From: Octopus sinensis
Lineage: Eukaryota
DNA length: 64,000 nucleotides
Direction of reading: 5' to 3'
Assembly: GCF_006345805.1 (NCBI RefSeq)
Contig: NC_042999.1
Span: 9,362,001-9,426,000, forward strand
Both the position numbers and the translations under genes were made by a program. Positions 39,856 through 51,142 of this stretch are shown piece after piece (position 1 is the first letter of the stretch; each line of letters starts with the position of its first letter). The notes beneath the pieces were generated by a model. It was not told the DNA's origin. It worked only from the letters and a program-made list of their open reading frames with translations, and did not search any database.

Positions 39856-40417
39856 TTTATTGTGTGTGCGCGCGTGCTCTATGTTCGAATGGGAGAGAAG
39901 TTTACTTCACAACCAAGTTGTTGCGTTTAATCCTACAGCGTGTTATCATGGGCTAATCTAAGTTTTTACAGCCTGGGGTTGCTCCATATCTTCAGAGTGC
40001 AGTTGGGCTGATAAAAACTGTATAACAGATCACAGGGTACACTCTAGCTGCAATTCGAAATTTAAAGCCTTGTCAAACACACTGTGTCACCCTAATTATG
40101 TCTCAGAAAGCCTTAAAAGGTAGTCGTGTTTGTGAAATGATTGACCACTTACACGTTAATTCTATGAGAAGATAGATAGAGAGAGAGAGAGAGAGAGACA
40201 GTGAATCAAATATAAATTCAACGACTTCTACATCTCAATGTGTTTAATTAATATTATCCCATTTATGATTTGCAGGATTCGCAGAACCTGTGAACTTACT
40301 TATGTATATAGAAACGTGTCAGAACACATAGGGAGGTGGTTAATCATGCACATACATACACACGCACATACACATGCACACACACATACGCATGCATAAC
40401 ACATACATATATATATA

Positions 40418-40469
<52 letters not shown>

Positions 40470-41211
40470 TGTGTGTGTGTTGTGTATGCTTACAGATATT
40501 CATCCTTGCGTGCATACATACAGTTCACAGACCAGTAATGGCTTTGTCTGTTGGTGAAATAAAGGAGCTGAGATTAAAAAATATTAATCATTTATATATC
40601 AGGATTTGTCGGAAATTGATGAGGCTGGCACCTCGTTTCAGTGGCGACACTAGCCTAAGGTAATGCAGTGATGAATTGGCTAACCCACTGACCCATAAAC
40701 CATCAGAGACCAGCCAGCGATCAATGTCCTATTAGAACCGCCCTTTTCCAAACGCTTGCCAGCATTTTTACTTTTTCTTTTTACTATTTCATTAATAATG
40801 CCAAGAGTGATATCACTTTAGCGACGGTGTAAAAACCAGCAGAGTCGACTGCGTGACCACTTTGCCGATCACTATCGCTTTATTATGATACAGGTCGATT
40901 TGGCAGGCAAGATGCCAATCGGTTTTTTTGTTAGGGCAAAGTTCTATTCAATTAAGTCTATAACTGAATGTTGCTCCTCAATTCATTGCTTCTGCTTTTT
41001 TTTTATCAACAACCCATCAATTCTGTAAATGTAAAATTCTCACTAATCTTTATCAAATCCAAGAGGTTGTGGTGTCAATGTACGCACCATGAGAGCATCT
41101 ATTAAATCAAGTTCATTGTCAACACACTTATTCAATGAACTCCACTCATTCAGTTAAGTTCTATACTTAATGTTGTGAGGCGCAATGGCCCAGTGGTTAA
41201 TACTTATGTTG

Positions 41212-41567
41212 TGGAAGCGCAATGGTCCAGTGGTTAGGGCAGTGGACTCGCGGTAGTAGGACCACGGTTTCGATTCCCAGACCGGACATTGTGATTATTG
41301 AGAGAAAACGCCTAAAGCTCCACGAGGCAGGGGAGGTAGTGAACCCGGCTCTACACCTTCACCACAACTTTCTCTTTTCTGTTGTACCTGTATTTCAAAG
41401 GGCCAGCCTTGTCACACTCTGTGTCACGCTGAATCTCCCCAAGAACTACGTTAAGAGCACACGTATCTCTGGAGTGCTCAGCCACTTGCACGTTAATTTC
41501 ACGAGAAGGCTGCTCTGTTGATCGGATCAACTGGAACCCTCGTCGTCGTAACTTAAGGAGTGTCACG
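41212..41567 (+). mobile_element. tRNA-derived SINE family C, tail 1
   Basis: gcgcaatggtccagtggttagggcagtggactcgcgg...gtttcgattccc head; 12-bp TSD ATACTTATGTTG at 41200-41211 and 41568-41579. Confidence 0.85.
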
Positions 41568-41642
41568 ATACTTATGTTGCTCTTCTGTAAAACCAACAGA
41601 ATAAACCAAATTAAAACATTATTTATGCTTAACAACATAAAA

Positions 41643-42120
41643 TTCTTTTACTTGTTTCAGTGATTTGATAGTGGCCATTCTGGAGCACCGCTTTTAGTCG
41701 AGCAAACCGATGTCAGGAATTATTCTTTGTAAGCCTAATATTTATTCTATCGGTCTGTTTTGCCGAACTGCTAAGTTACCGGAACGTAAACACACCAGCA
41801 TCGGTTGTCAAGCGATGGCGGGAGGAGGACAAACACGGACACACAAATACACGCATACATATATATATATATATTATATATATATATACACACATATATA
41901 CACATATATACATATACACACACACACACATATATATATATATACATACATATATATATACACACACATATATATACATATATACATATATATACACGAT
42001 GGTCTTGGTTGGCCCGAGGCTATAGTAGAAGACATTTGCCCAAGGTGCCACGCAGTGAGACTGAACCCGGAACTATGTGGTTGGGAAGCAAGCTTCTTAC
42101 CAAACATCCACGCCTGCGCC
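41643..42120 (-). mobile_element. SINE family B, full length, expanded internal microsatellite
   Basis: All modules present. Confidence 0.85.
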
Positions 42121-42194
42121 GAAACAAGTTTATATTTGTTTCTATCTGATTCATGATGGTACAAAAACAATCGCTTGGGTCCCTGTTCGCGTGG

Positions 42195-42475
42195 ATGGCC
42201 ACTCCGTCGGTTACCACAATGTATGTTCGATTAACTTGGCTGACCAAGTGACAGAGCACTCCACAGACACGAGTACTATTAAAGTAGTTCCGAAGGAGAT
42301 TCGATGTAACACAGAATGTGACAAATCTGATCCTTTGATCTATAGGTACCACTCATGTTTGACAGCTGTATAGACAGGAGCAACGTTAAAGTGTCTTGCT
42401 CAGTGACGCAACACCCCACCAGGAATCGAACGTACCACCTTACGAGCCAAATATGGCAACAACTGAGCCTCACGT
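42195..42475 (-). mobile_element. tRNA/CORE-like SINE sharing its 3' module with 41212-41567
   Basis: Reverse complement shows gttcgattcc B box, cactgagcaagacacttt, and ttgtcacattctgtgttac...gtctgtggagtgctc. Confidence 0.6.
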
Positions 42476-42813
42476 TTTCTCTTCTCGTAACTAACCACTT
42501 TTCTATAACTTAATTTTCGTTCATCGACGTGAACCACTCTACAGTTGACAGTGGCGTAAATTGAACTTGAAACAGCGCAGTTAAGCAGTAACTGACCAAA
42601 CGATATTTAGTTATTACATTGGTCTTTACCACAGCAGTAATTCCCAAAGGATATCCAATTCCAGTGTTTCTTAACCCAGCTCCTAAGCACAGCTGTGATC
42701 CATATTACACATTAGCATAAAAGCCTAAACCTTCCGATAATTCTTTGTAATTCTGGCTCATAGTCACCAATTGTGAAGGGAGGAGCCAGTTAGTTACATC
42801 AACCACAGTTCTT

Positions 42814-42986
42814 ACATTATTTACATTCGACAGATATTTGTCCTCATCTTGTTTGTTGTTAACATAACGTTTCATCTGATATACCCTCCAGCCTTCTTCA
42901 GGTGTCTTGGGGAAAACAAGATGAGGACAAATATCCGTCGAATGTAAATAATGTAAATAATTCCTAATCTCTTAAATATAGAACTG
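42814..42986 (-). mobile_element. 173-bp fold-back insert with degenerate hammerhead in the loop and 13-bp TSD
   Basis: 43-bp arms 42812-42854 / 42914-42956; AACCACAGTTCTT at 42801-42813 and 42987-42999; host is a SINE family A copy. Confidence 0.8.
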
Positions 42987-43325
42987 AACCACAGTTCTTG
43001 TTCGGTACTTTTTTTTAGAGAACTGGAAGGGTGAAGGGCTAAGTTGAACCCGATATTATTTGAACTCATAGCGTAAAGAGCCGGAAGAAATGCCCCTTGG
43101 CGTTTTGTCCGATGTACTAACGATTCTGCTTACGTGCCGCCTTAAACCTTCCCCAAATGAAAGCAAAAATCTAAAGAGAGAGAATGGTGACAGGGTTTAA
43201 GATACAAGACCAACCAAATTGTCCTGTTCGGCAAATATCCCAACCAAAAAACGTTAGTCCTTATTGCATCTCAAGGTTAGTGGGCCTCACATGGTCATTT
43301 CATTGGTAGAAATAGCAGCAACTTA

Positions 43326-43836
43326 CCATAAATCCTCGAGTATAGTCCACCCTTGAGTATAATATGCAGGGGATTTTTAGGGACTGTACCTCTGAAAAAC
43401 CTAAACCTTGTGTATAATACGCACCCCTTCTCTAACTTGAGCCAAGGAGGTCTATATAACGTCCTTGGTTTGTAAAAATGTATACAGTAACGTCCTTTAT
43501 TATTATTGTATATATAACATGATGCAAAGATGTAGCTATTTTGTGCATTTTGTTTGCAGAAAATAAAGAAATAACAGTAATAACGTTTAATAAATGTTGC
43601 TTACTGCAAGTTATGGATGATTCTTTTATGACTTCATTGCTTTCAGGTTTAGCTTAAGGTATTTTCGCACCCAACATCACAAAATGCGTCTGAATAAACA
43701 TTCCTAGACAGCAAATAGAGACTCAGACATTGCTTAGAAAATATTTTTCAGTTTTAACCTCGTATATAGTACGCACTAGGGATTTTGACCTTTAAATTTT
43801 GGGGAAAAAATGCGGATTATACTCGAGGATTTACGG
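43326..43836. mobile_element. pogo/Tigger-like MITE
   Basis: TIRs CCATAAATCCTCGAGTATAGTCC / reverse complement CCGTAAATCCTCGAGTATAATCC, TA on both flanks. Confidence 0.8.
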
Positions 43837-44351
43837 TAATTTTATCTTTAATTACATCGTACAGACAATTAAAATAACCAAAACTACACCGGTTAATATT
43901 GTATTAGAAGCATAATCATTGCCGGGATGCTTTTCACCGATAGTCTGTTCTGTTGGAACCGACCTGGGGTTAAATGAGAACACAATTTCTTAAATGATAT
44001 AAAGGTTTAAGAACACATACAACACGTGTACACTACTGACTGGAGTATTTAATTACATTCCATTACAAAAAGTAAATCTCTGCAATCCAAAGAATTAGCT
44101 AAAAACATACTAAAATATCATCTTTCTTCTATTCATACAATTTCTTTTAAGTAATGGAAAAGCTCTCTCACTCACCCTCTCTCTTTTTCTCTCTGTCTTT
44201 CTCCTTACTCTCTCACCCATTCACACAACTGTGTATAGCAAAAATTTTAACCTTTCGGCTGATATCATCAAAACTCGCCATCTTGTGTGTGTGTGTGTGC
44301 GTTACTTTCTGTTACTTTGTTCTTACATTATAAGATAAAAGTGAAAAGTCT

Positions 44352-44700
44352 TTCAGGCGTGCCTGTGTGCGGTAAGAAGCTTGTTTCCTAACCACAAGTA
44401 TCGGGGTTCAGTCCCACTGCGTGGAATCTTCAGCAAGTGCCATCCACTACAACTTCGGGTCGACCAAAGCCTTGTGAGTGGATTTAGTAGACGGAAACTG
44501 AAAGAAGCTCGTCGTGTATGTGTGTGACCACTGCTTGATGTGTTTACGTCGCTGTAACATTATCGGTTGGATAGAAATGATCGATAAAATATGTGTCAGG
44601 ATGAAAGAAAAGAAAATTTGTTCAACTAAAGTCCTTCAAGGTGGTGCCCCAGCATAGCCGCATTGAAATGACTGAAGCAAAAGATAAAGGATAAAGCAAA
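44352..44700 (+). mobile_element. SINE family B
   Basis: Head ggcgtgcctgtgtgcggtaag, B box ggttcagtccc, CORE-like segment, tail. Confidence 0.8.
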
Positions 44701-44791
44701 TTGGATTTCTACCGAGTTGTAATAATTGAATCTATTTATAATCAGCATCACTACATTATAAATATATACATATATATATGCTAGCCTTGGT

Positions 44792-44853
44792 TTTCTGCTG
44801 AAGATGGCAACGCCAATGGTAAATAATTGCCGAAACTATGCATAGTCCAGAAA
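44792..44853 (+). ncRNA. canonical type I hammerhead ribozyme
   Basis: TTTCTG-CTGAAGA-T-GGCAA[16 nt]TTGCC-GAA-ACTATGCATAGT-C-CAGAAA; 6-bp stem I, 5-bp stem II, palindromic stem III, GUC cleavage triplet at C44847. Confidence 0.85.
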
Positions 44854-44993
44854 GGAGAGGGTAAACGTTTTTATTTCTCTTTCCATTTCAGAATTACAAC
44901 TATTAGTGGTTTGGAGTTTAACTGCTCTTTCTAGTGAGTCAGATGTCCTATTATAGCCATCTCTTATATGTTTGGAGATGGATGGATGGATGG

Positions 44994-45067
<74 letters not shown>

Positions 45068-45074
<7 letters not shown>

Positions 45075-45452
45075 CGCAATACGAGTTTAATTCGTTCCAC
45101 GACCGAGCTCGTCTTATGATTTATTCGTTTTACAAATCAATTTTTCTCATTGAAATTAACTAAAATATAATTAATCCGTTCCGGGCCCACAAAAAACACT
45201 CAAAAGTAATTTTTTATGGGTTTTAAAACAGAAAAGGTGTAGTTACAAGTAAAGTGACAATTATAATAAAAAGAGTACAAAAGAAATATGTAAACTGGTT
45301 TTATTAACTGAAATAAACCTTAAAGCTGGGACGATTTGTGTGCTCGTATTGTGGATATCCGCTCGTACTTCAAGACAAACAATTGGCACGGGACTCGGCT
45401 CGTACAGCAAAGAACTCGTTGAATGGGACACTCGTACTGCGAGGTTCTACTG
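45068..45452. mobile_element. Tigger-like MITE, left end eroded by (TA)n
   Basis: tcgcaatacgagt versus reverse complement cagtagaacctcgcagtacgagt followed by TA. Confidence 0.55.
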
Positions 45453-46074
45453 TATACTGAGTGATGAATCAGTTTCACTCATACCAACCCAGCCTTCCAA
45501 ATCTAATGACCACCCTCATTCTGTTGATTGATGCATAGGATAATCTCTTCTGATATTATATCTCTCTCTCTATCTATCTATCTATCTCTCTATCTCTCTC
45601 TCTACCTCTCTCTCTCTCTCTCCCGTAATATTTCCTTCACTCTTTTCCGTCTCCGCCATCCGACACTACAATCACTTCAAAACGAGTGTCGTTCATAACA
45701 GTCTGACATAGCAATATAATAATTGTTTCCAAACAACACGTCCTTAATCAATCATACTTAATAAACAATTAACCAGTTATTATTAATATACATATACGCT
45801 CTCCTTGACATTACTATCACAACAACTGTTACAGCTAGCAACATCGCTGTCCGTATCAGCAAAGACAGGACAGCATTGGAAATATTATTAGCATCGTTGC
45901 ACGATTGACGACATTCATAAAAATACCCACCACGAATAGCCATGTATCACACTCAACGTATGATAGACCAATTACTGCGGTATCCTTCTTAATATAACAT
46001 CCCTTATGGACGTACTATGTTAAAAACACACACACAATATATATATATATATATATAAAAATATATATAAAAAT

Positions 46075-46447
46075 ATAGGCGCAGGAGTGGCTGTGCGGTA
46101 AGTAGCTTGCTAACCAACCACATGGTTCCGGGTTCAGTCCCACTGCGTGGCATCTTGGGCAAGTGTCTTCTGCTATAGCCCCGGGCCGACCAATGCCTTG
46201 TGAGTGTATTTGGTAGACGGAAACTGAAAGAGATATATATATGTTTGTGTGTGTGTTTGTCCCCCCTAGCATTGCTTGACAACCGATGCTGGTGTGTTTA
46301 CGTCCCCGTCACTTAGCAGTTTGGCAAAAGAGACCGATAGAATAAGTACTGGGCTTACAAAAGAATAAGTCGCGGGGTCGAGTTGCTCGATTAAAGGCAG
46401 TGCTCCAGCATGGCCGCAGTCAAAATGACTGAAACAAGTAAAAGAGT
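46075..46447 (+). mobile_element. SINE family B, near-consensus full length
   Basis: A box tggctgtgcgg, B box ggttcagtccc, CORE-like gcatcttgggcaagtgtcttc, internal microsatellite, tail gactgaaacaagtaaaagagt. Confidence 0.9.
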
Positions 46448-46470
46448 ATATATATATATATATATATACA

Positions 46471-46648
46471 ATAATATGTTACATTACTCAATAGTCAAGA
46501 TAAAACTCTGAGTTTCAGATGCCGAAGTGGGAATCCACGACATCTCTTCGGTTATCTGCTCTTATAACCGAAGAGATGTCGTGGATTCCCACTTCGGCAT
46601 CTGAAACTCAGAGTTTTATCTTGACTATTGAGTAATGTAACATATTAT
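46471..46648. repeat. perfect palindrome, 85-bp arms, 8-nt loop, hammerhead-like motif in each arm
   Basis: No arm mismatch seen; loop CTGCTCTT at 46556-46563. Confidence 0.95.
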
Positions 46649-47205
46649 GGTATAGATAAATTTCCTCTATTTACATAATATTGAGGTCTCTTTCTTTCTT
46701 TTGTTATCTTACCGTTTTACCAAAATATATATATATATATATGTATACGATAGAAATATGTAAATTGGTTTATAATATATAAAATACAAAATGGGACAAG
46801 AACGCAAAACATCCAAATAGACGATACAAAAGCATTTAATCTTCCGTCAAGAACCGGATCATCCTCGCAATTTCGGCTGATTAATCTTGAGATTGCTCCA
46901 ATCTGGCCATCCCCAAGGAAAAACTGAGCTAAGAGCATTAGATTCCTTGGAAAAAGGATCGAATGTATACGAAACAAGGAGAGAAAAACGGACGATGTTA
47001 CACGAATATAAATACAAAAAAAGACAAAAAGTAATACGAATATAAATACAAAAAAAACAATATTAATAATGATAACAACATGTATATATATATATTATAT
47101 ATATATGACGGGAAGCTTTATGAAAATAAACAAAAGACGAAGGCAGGTGGAAACAAACGAACAATTGTATTAGTATGGCGCTCAGGAAATATAAATAAAA
47201 CAAGT

Positions 47206-47241
47206 CTTTAACGTTTCGAGCCTACGCTCTTCAACAGAAAG
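47206..47241 (-). ncRNA. minimal hammerhead motif, A6U core variant
   Basis: CTTT-CTGTTGA-A-GAGC[GTAG]GCTC-GAA-ACGT-T-AAAG. Confidence 0.6.
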
Positions 47242-47312
47242 ATACACAGAGAGAGAAAAACACAGAAAGAAGGAGAGAAAAAAAAAAAAAAAATGCGTGC
47301 AGTAGCTAACGA

Positions 47313-47362
<50 letters not shown>

Positions 47363-47449
47363 ATCCAATCATGAAAGCACAAAAAAAACAGAACAAAGCG
47401 AGGACGTGGAACAAATATAGTATTATTGGACGCTCAGGAAAGAAGAAGG

Positions 47450-47484
47450 GTTTAACGTTTCGAGCGGAGCTCTTCGTCGGAAAC
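47450..47484 (-). ncRNA. minimal hammerhead motif, U4C core variant
   Basis: GTTT-CCGACGA-A-GAGC[TCC]GCTC-GAA-ACGT-T-AAAC. Confidence 0.6.
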
Positions 47485-47532
47485 ATAGGAGAATATATAT
47501 ATATATATTATATATATATATATTATATATAT

Positions 47533-47577
<45 letters not shown>

Positions 47578-47814
47578 GAAAGAGACGAAACAGCACAGCA
47601 GCAGTAAGATGCCAGAGAAAATGTCGGAAACATTTTGGTCTTGGTTAAACTTTTCAATAAGCGGCACACAGAACCAGCCACATGTTTCGATGTCACCACT
47701 CCAGTATGAATACAGAAGTGACTGGCTTATAAACTGTGTACATACATTATCTACGATACACAGATAGCTATTTAAATTTAATTATTTGTATATACCAGTA
47801 ACGAACTTGAAATA

Positions 47815-48455
47815 TCTTTCGTCTTTTATCTAGTTCATGTTTCAGTCATTAGACTGAGGCCATACTGGAGCAACGCCTTGAAGAATTTTTTATCGAACAA
47901 ATCGACCCCAGTGTTTATTATCTTTTGTAAAATCTAATATTTTTTCTATAGGTCTCTCTTGCCAAACTGCTATATTAAGTTGATATAAAGACACCAACAC
48001 CGGTTGTCAAGCGATGTGGAAGGAACACACACACACACATATATTTATATGCTAAATAAAATAAGATAACAAGGCCAAGACAAGGTGATATTTCTAGGAC
48101 ATTTGTTATATTATTTAACATTTACACACTCACACACGACCCGCCTTAGACTTCTCACTCCATACTATCATTTAACCGGGAGTTTAACAGTGGTCCTTAT
48201 ATAGCACTTAGGTCTTCTAGATACCAAAACATCTCATATATATATATATATATATACCAAAACATATCATATATATATATATACATACACATGACGGGCG
48301 TCCTTCAGTTTCTGTCTACCAAATCCATTCACAAGGCTTTTGTCGTCCCGAGGCTATGTTAGCAGACACCTGTCTCAGGTACCACAGAGTGGGACTGAAC
48401 CTGGAACCTTGTGGTTGAGAAGAAAATTTCTTACCACAGAGTCACGCCAGCCCGA
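47815..48455 (-). mobile_element. SINE family B with ~180-bp insert in its microsatellite
   Basis: Tail 47815-48040, unrelated sequence ~48055-48235, head 48295-48455. Confidence 0.75.
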
Positions 48456-50261
48456 TGTTCAAGGTTGAAATAGCTTAAAATTCAAAAAAACCATTTATGT
48501 AATAAATATATTTAGACATATATAGAGGAGGATATGGTGTTACTTTTCGGTTTTTGATTGTTCTGAGTGAAATTCTCTTCATAGACTTGCTGTGTTTAAA
48601 ACAGTATATATCTCGGAACGAGACAGACACTGTCGTAGCAGTGGCCAATGAGAAATTCTAACGCGTCTGAGAGATTTTGTCTTAGACAAAAATCACAACA
48701 TCTTGCCTTTCAAAGGTACTTATGCATTAAGAATGGTACATAAATGGTGGGTTTTAACTAAACAGTTAACAATGAGTTCTTTAGAATATGACTATTGAAA
48801 TTTTACATGTCATGAGTTGTGAGACCCTTAATCTATTGGTATTTAGAGGTAATAATAATATGCAGTTTGTGAGTATTGACCAGGTGGAGCCAACCCGGTG
48901 CAAGCTGTACCCCACAGAAAGAATTGAACTCAACACTCTTCCCTTCATGGGTAATTATCAGAAAATATGGTATATATACATTAATTAAAATTTAACTTTC
49001 ATCAAATTTCTTAGGAAAGAAAATCGAAGACACATACACAAGTTGTGTGTGTTGTTAGTTCGTGGGTCGGCTGGGTTTTAACCGTAAGAGATATCTTCTC
49101 AATACGCCTGGTGTTAAAGACAGCTGAAAGTAAGTCATGGGCAAGGGACACAACTCACATCGGATCCCTTCTCGAAGCGACAGACATCGACGTTGCGTCA
49201 TTGTGACGGTTTCGATTCTACCTCAAGCTGCTTCTAAGTCATACTTGAAATTGCTTTATTGTAAAATGATGAAATGCAGACAGATCTTCAACATAAAGAA
49301 TATTAATTATCTTAAAATATAATCAACTTTATCTCGTTTAAAAATATCTCGTTTTTCAAAATGCTATCGTCATAATCAGACTTTACTTACCGAAAACCTA
49401 TCTCAGCAAAAGTCTTTGTTTCTATGATTGTGTGTGTGTATGTGTGTGTGTGCATAGAATGAAATCGTCTACTCATTTCCTGTCACCAAGCCGTGTATAT
49501 GCATTCATCTTGTTCCTCTTATGTTAACTCTCTCTCTCTCTCTCTCTCTCCTACGATGACAAACGTAGTGAGAGAAATCAGCCAAACAAACAGACAGACA
49601 GACCTCATTTATAACGAGCATAATTAAACAGAGATACATTTTATGGTATCTTAATTTCAAAAAGTCCAACTGGTTGAATAAAAGCATTTCCCGACCGCAG
49701 CGTTTGACTTGCAACTTAGATAACAACCTCACAGAATGGAAATATTGCAAGTGTTACAATTCTGTATGTAGGCGTCAGACGTTAATTCAGATCGTCGGAC
49801 CCAGACTAGAACCGCCACCGCGCATACTGCGGCTGTGTCTCCACTTGTGCCTGTGTTTCTGTGTGAGCATCGCATTCAGATTAAAAAGCGAAGCAAATCA
49901 TTAATTATAATGCTGGAGATGATTCGGTGTTTTATCTCTTAATGCTTCCTATTATTCTTCGCTCGTGTATCTATTTGTTTATTTATAATCGTATTCTGTT
50001 GTAGATGCTGAACCGACCATCCGGATAAAATTCAAAAATATTCTACGCAGCAGATTACAAACAGCTCTATTGATTAAGCAATACGTTCATTAATCAACTT
50101 GATGAATTAGTTTCTTAATATCTGCTTAGACTGATATATCTTAAAGCTCTTCGCTTCTTTGAACTTTGACTACACACGGATGAAACCATTTCACGCCATT
50201 TTATATGTCCCAGCCTATCTGCTCAAAATCCATGTCTATTTCATGTACTATCATATATACT

Positions 50262-50540
50262 GTGGAGGCGCAATGGCCCAGTGGTTAGGGCAGTGGACTC
50301 GCGGTCGTAGGATCACGTTTTCGAGTCCCAGACCGGGCGTTGTGAGTGTTTATTGAGCGAAAACACCTAAAGCCCCACGAGGTCCCTGCTGTACTCTTTC
50401 GCCACAACTTTTTCTCACTCTTTCTTCTGTAGGCCTGCTTGCTTAGCCAGCGGGGTGGCGTCATTTGAAGGCTAAAACAATGCGAAGTGCATTGTGACCA
50501 GCGATTTGTAGCAACATCTGATAGCCTGGTCGGTCACGTG
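50262..50540 (+). mobile_element. tRNA-derived SINE family C, tail 2
   Basis: Same head as 41212; different 3' module; 12-bp TSD ATCATATATACT at 50250-50261 and 50541-50552. Confidence 0.85.
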
Positions 50541-50794
50541 ATCATATATACTAATGCCTTGATTGCACGAAACATTTGCTCAAGGAGCTCCACAATGCAA
50601 CTGTACCCGAATCGACGTGTTTGCAATGCGTGCTTCATGCGAATATGTTTAGCCGCCACACACAGTTTCAAACAATCGTTTAATGACCTCAATAATGTTA
50701 AGTGACCGAAATTAGAGTGGAGACGTGAACTTTAATAAATCTGTAATGTCAACAAAAAATATCATATTGCCGAATTCTTCAAACACTTTCTTTT

Positions 50795-51142
50795 ATTCTT
50801 TTACTTGTTTCAGATATTTGACTGCGGCCATGCTGGAGCACCGCCTTTAGTCGAGCAAATCGACCCCAGGACTTATTCTTTCTAAGCCTAATACTTATAC
50901 TATCGGTCTCTTTCGCCGAACCGCCAAGTTACGGGGACGTCAAGCGATGGTTGGGGACAAACACGGACACACACACATATACGCGACGGGATTGTTTCAG
51001 TTTCCATCTACCAAATCCACTCACAAGACTTTGGTCGGCCCGAAGTTATAGTAGAAGACACTCGCCCAAGGTGCAACGTAGTAGGACTGAACCCGGAGCC
51101 ATGTGGTTGGTTAGCAAGCAACTTACCACACAGCCACTCCTG
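50795..51142 (-). mobile_element. SINE family B
   Basis: All modules present. Confidence 0.85.

Noticed and set aside
46075-46150. tRNA gene (also other SINE heads)
   Set aside because: A and B boxes run into SINE bodies; no complete cloverleaf or terminator
48788-48988. Possible exon (VEPTRCKLYPTERIEL)
   Set aside because: Weak splice signals and no recognisable homology
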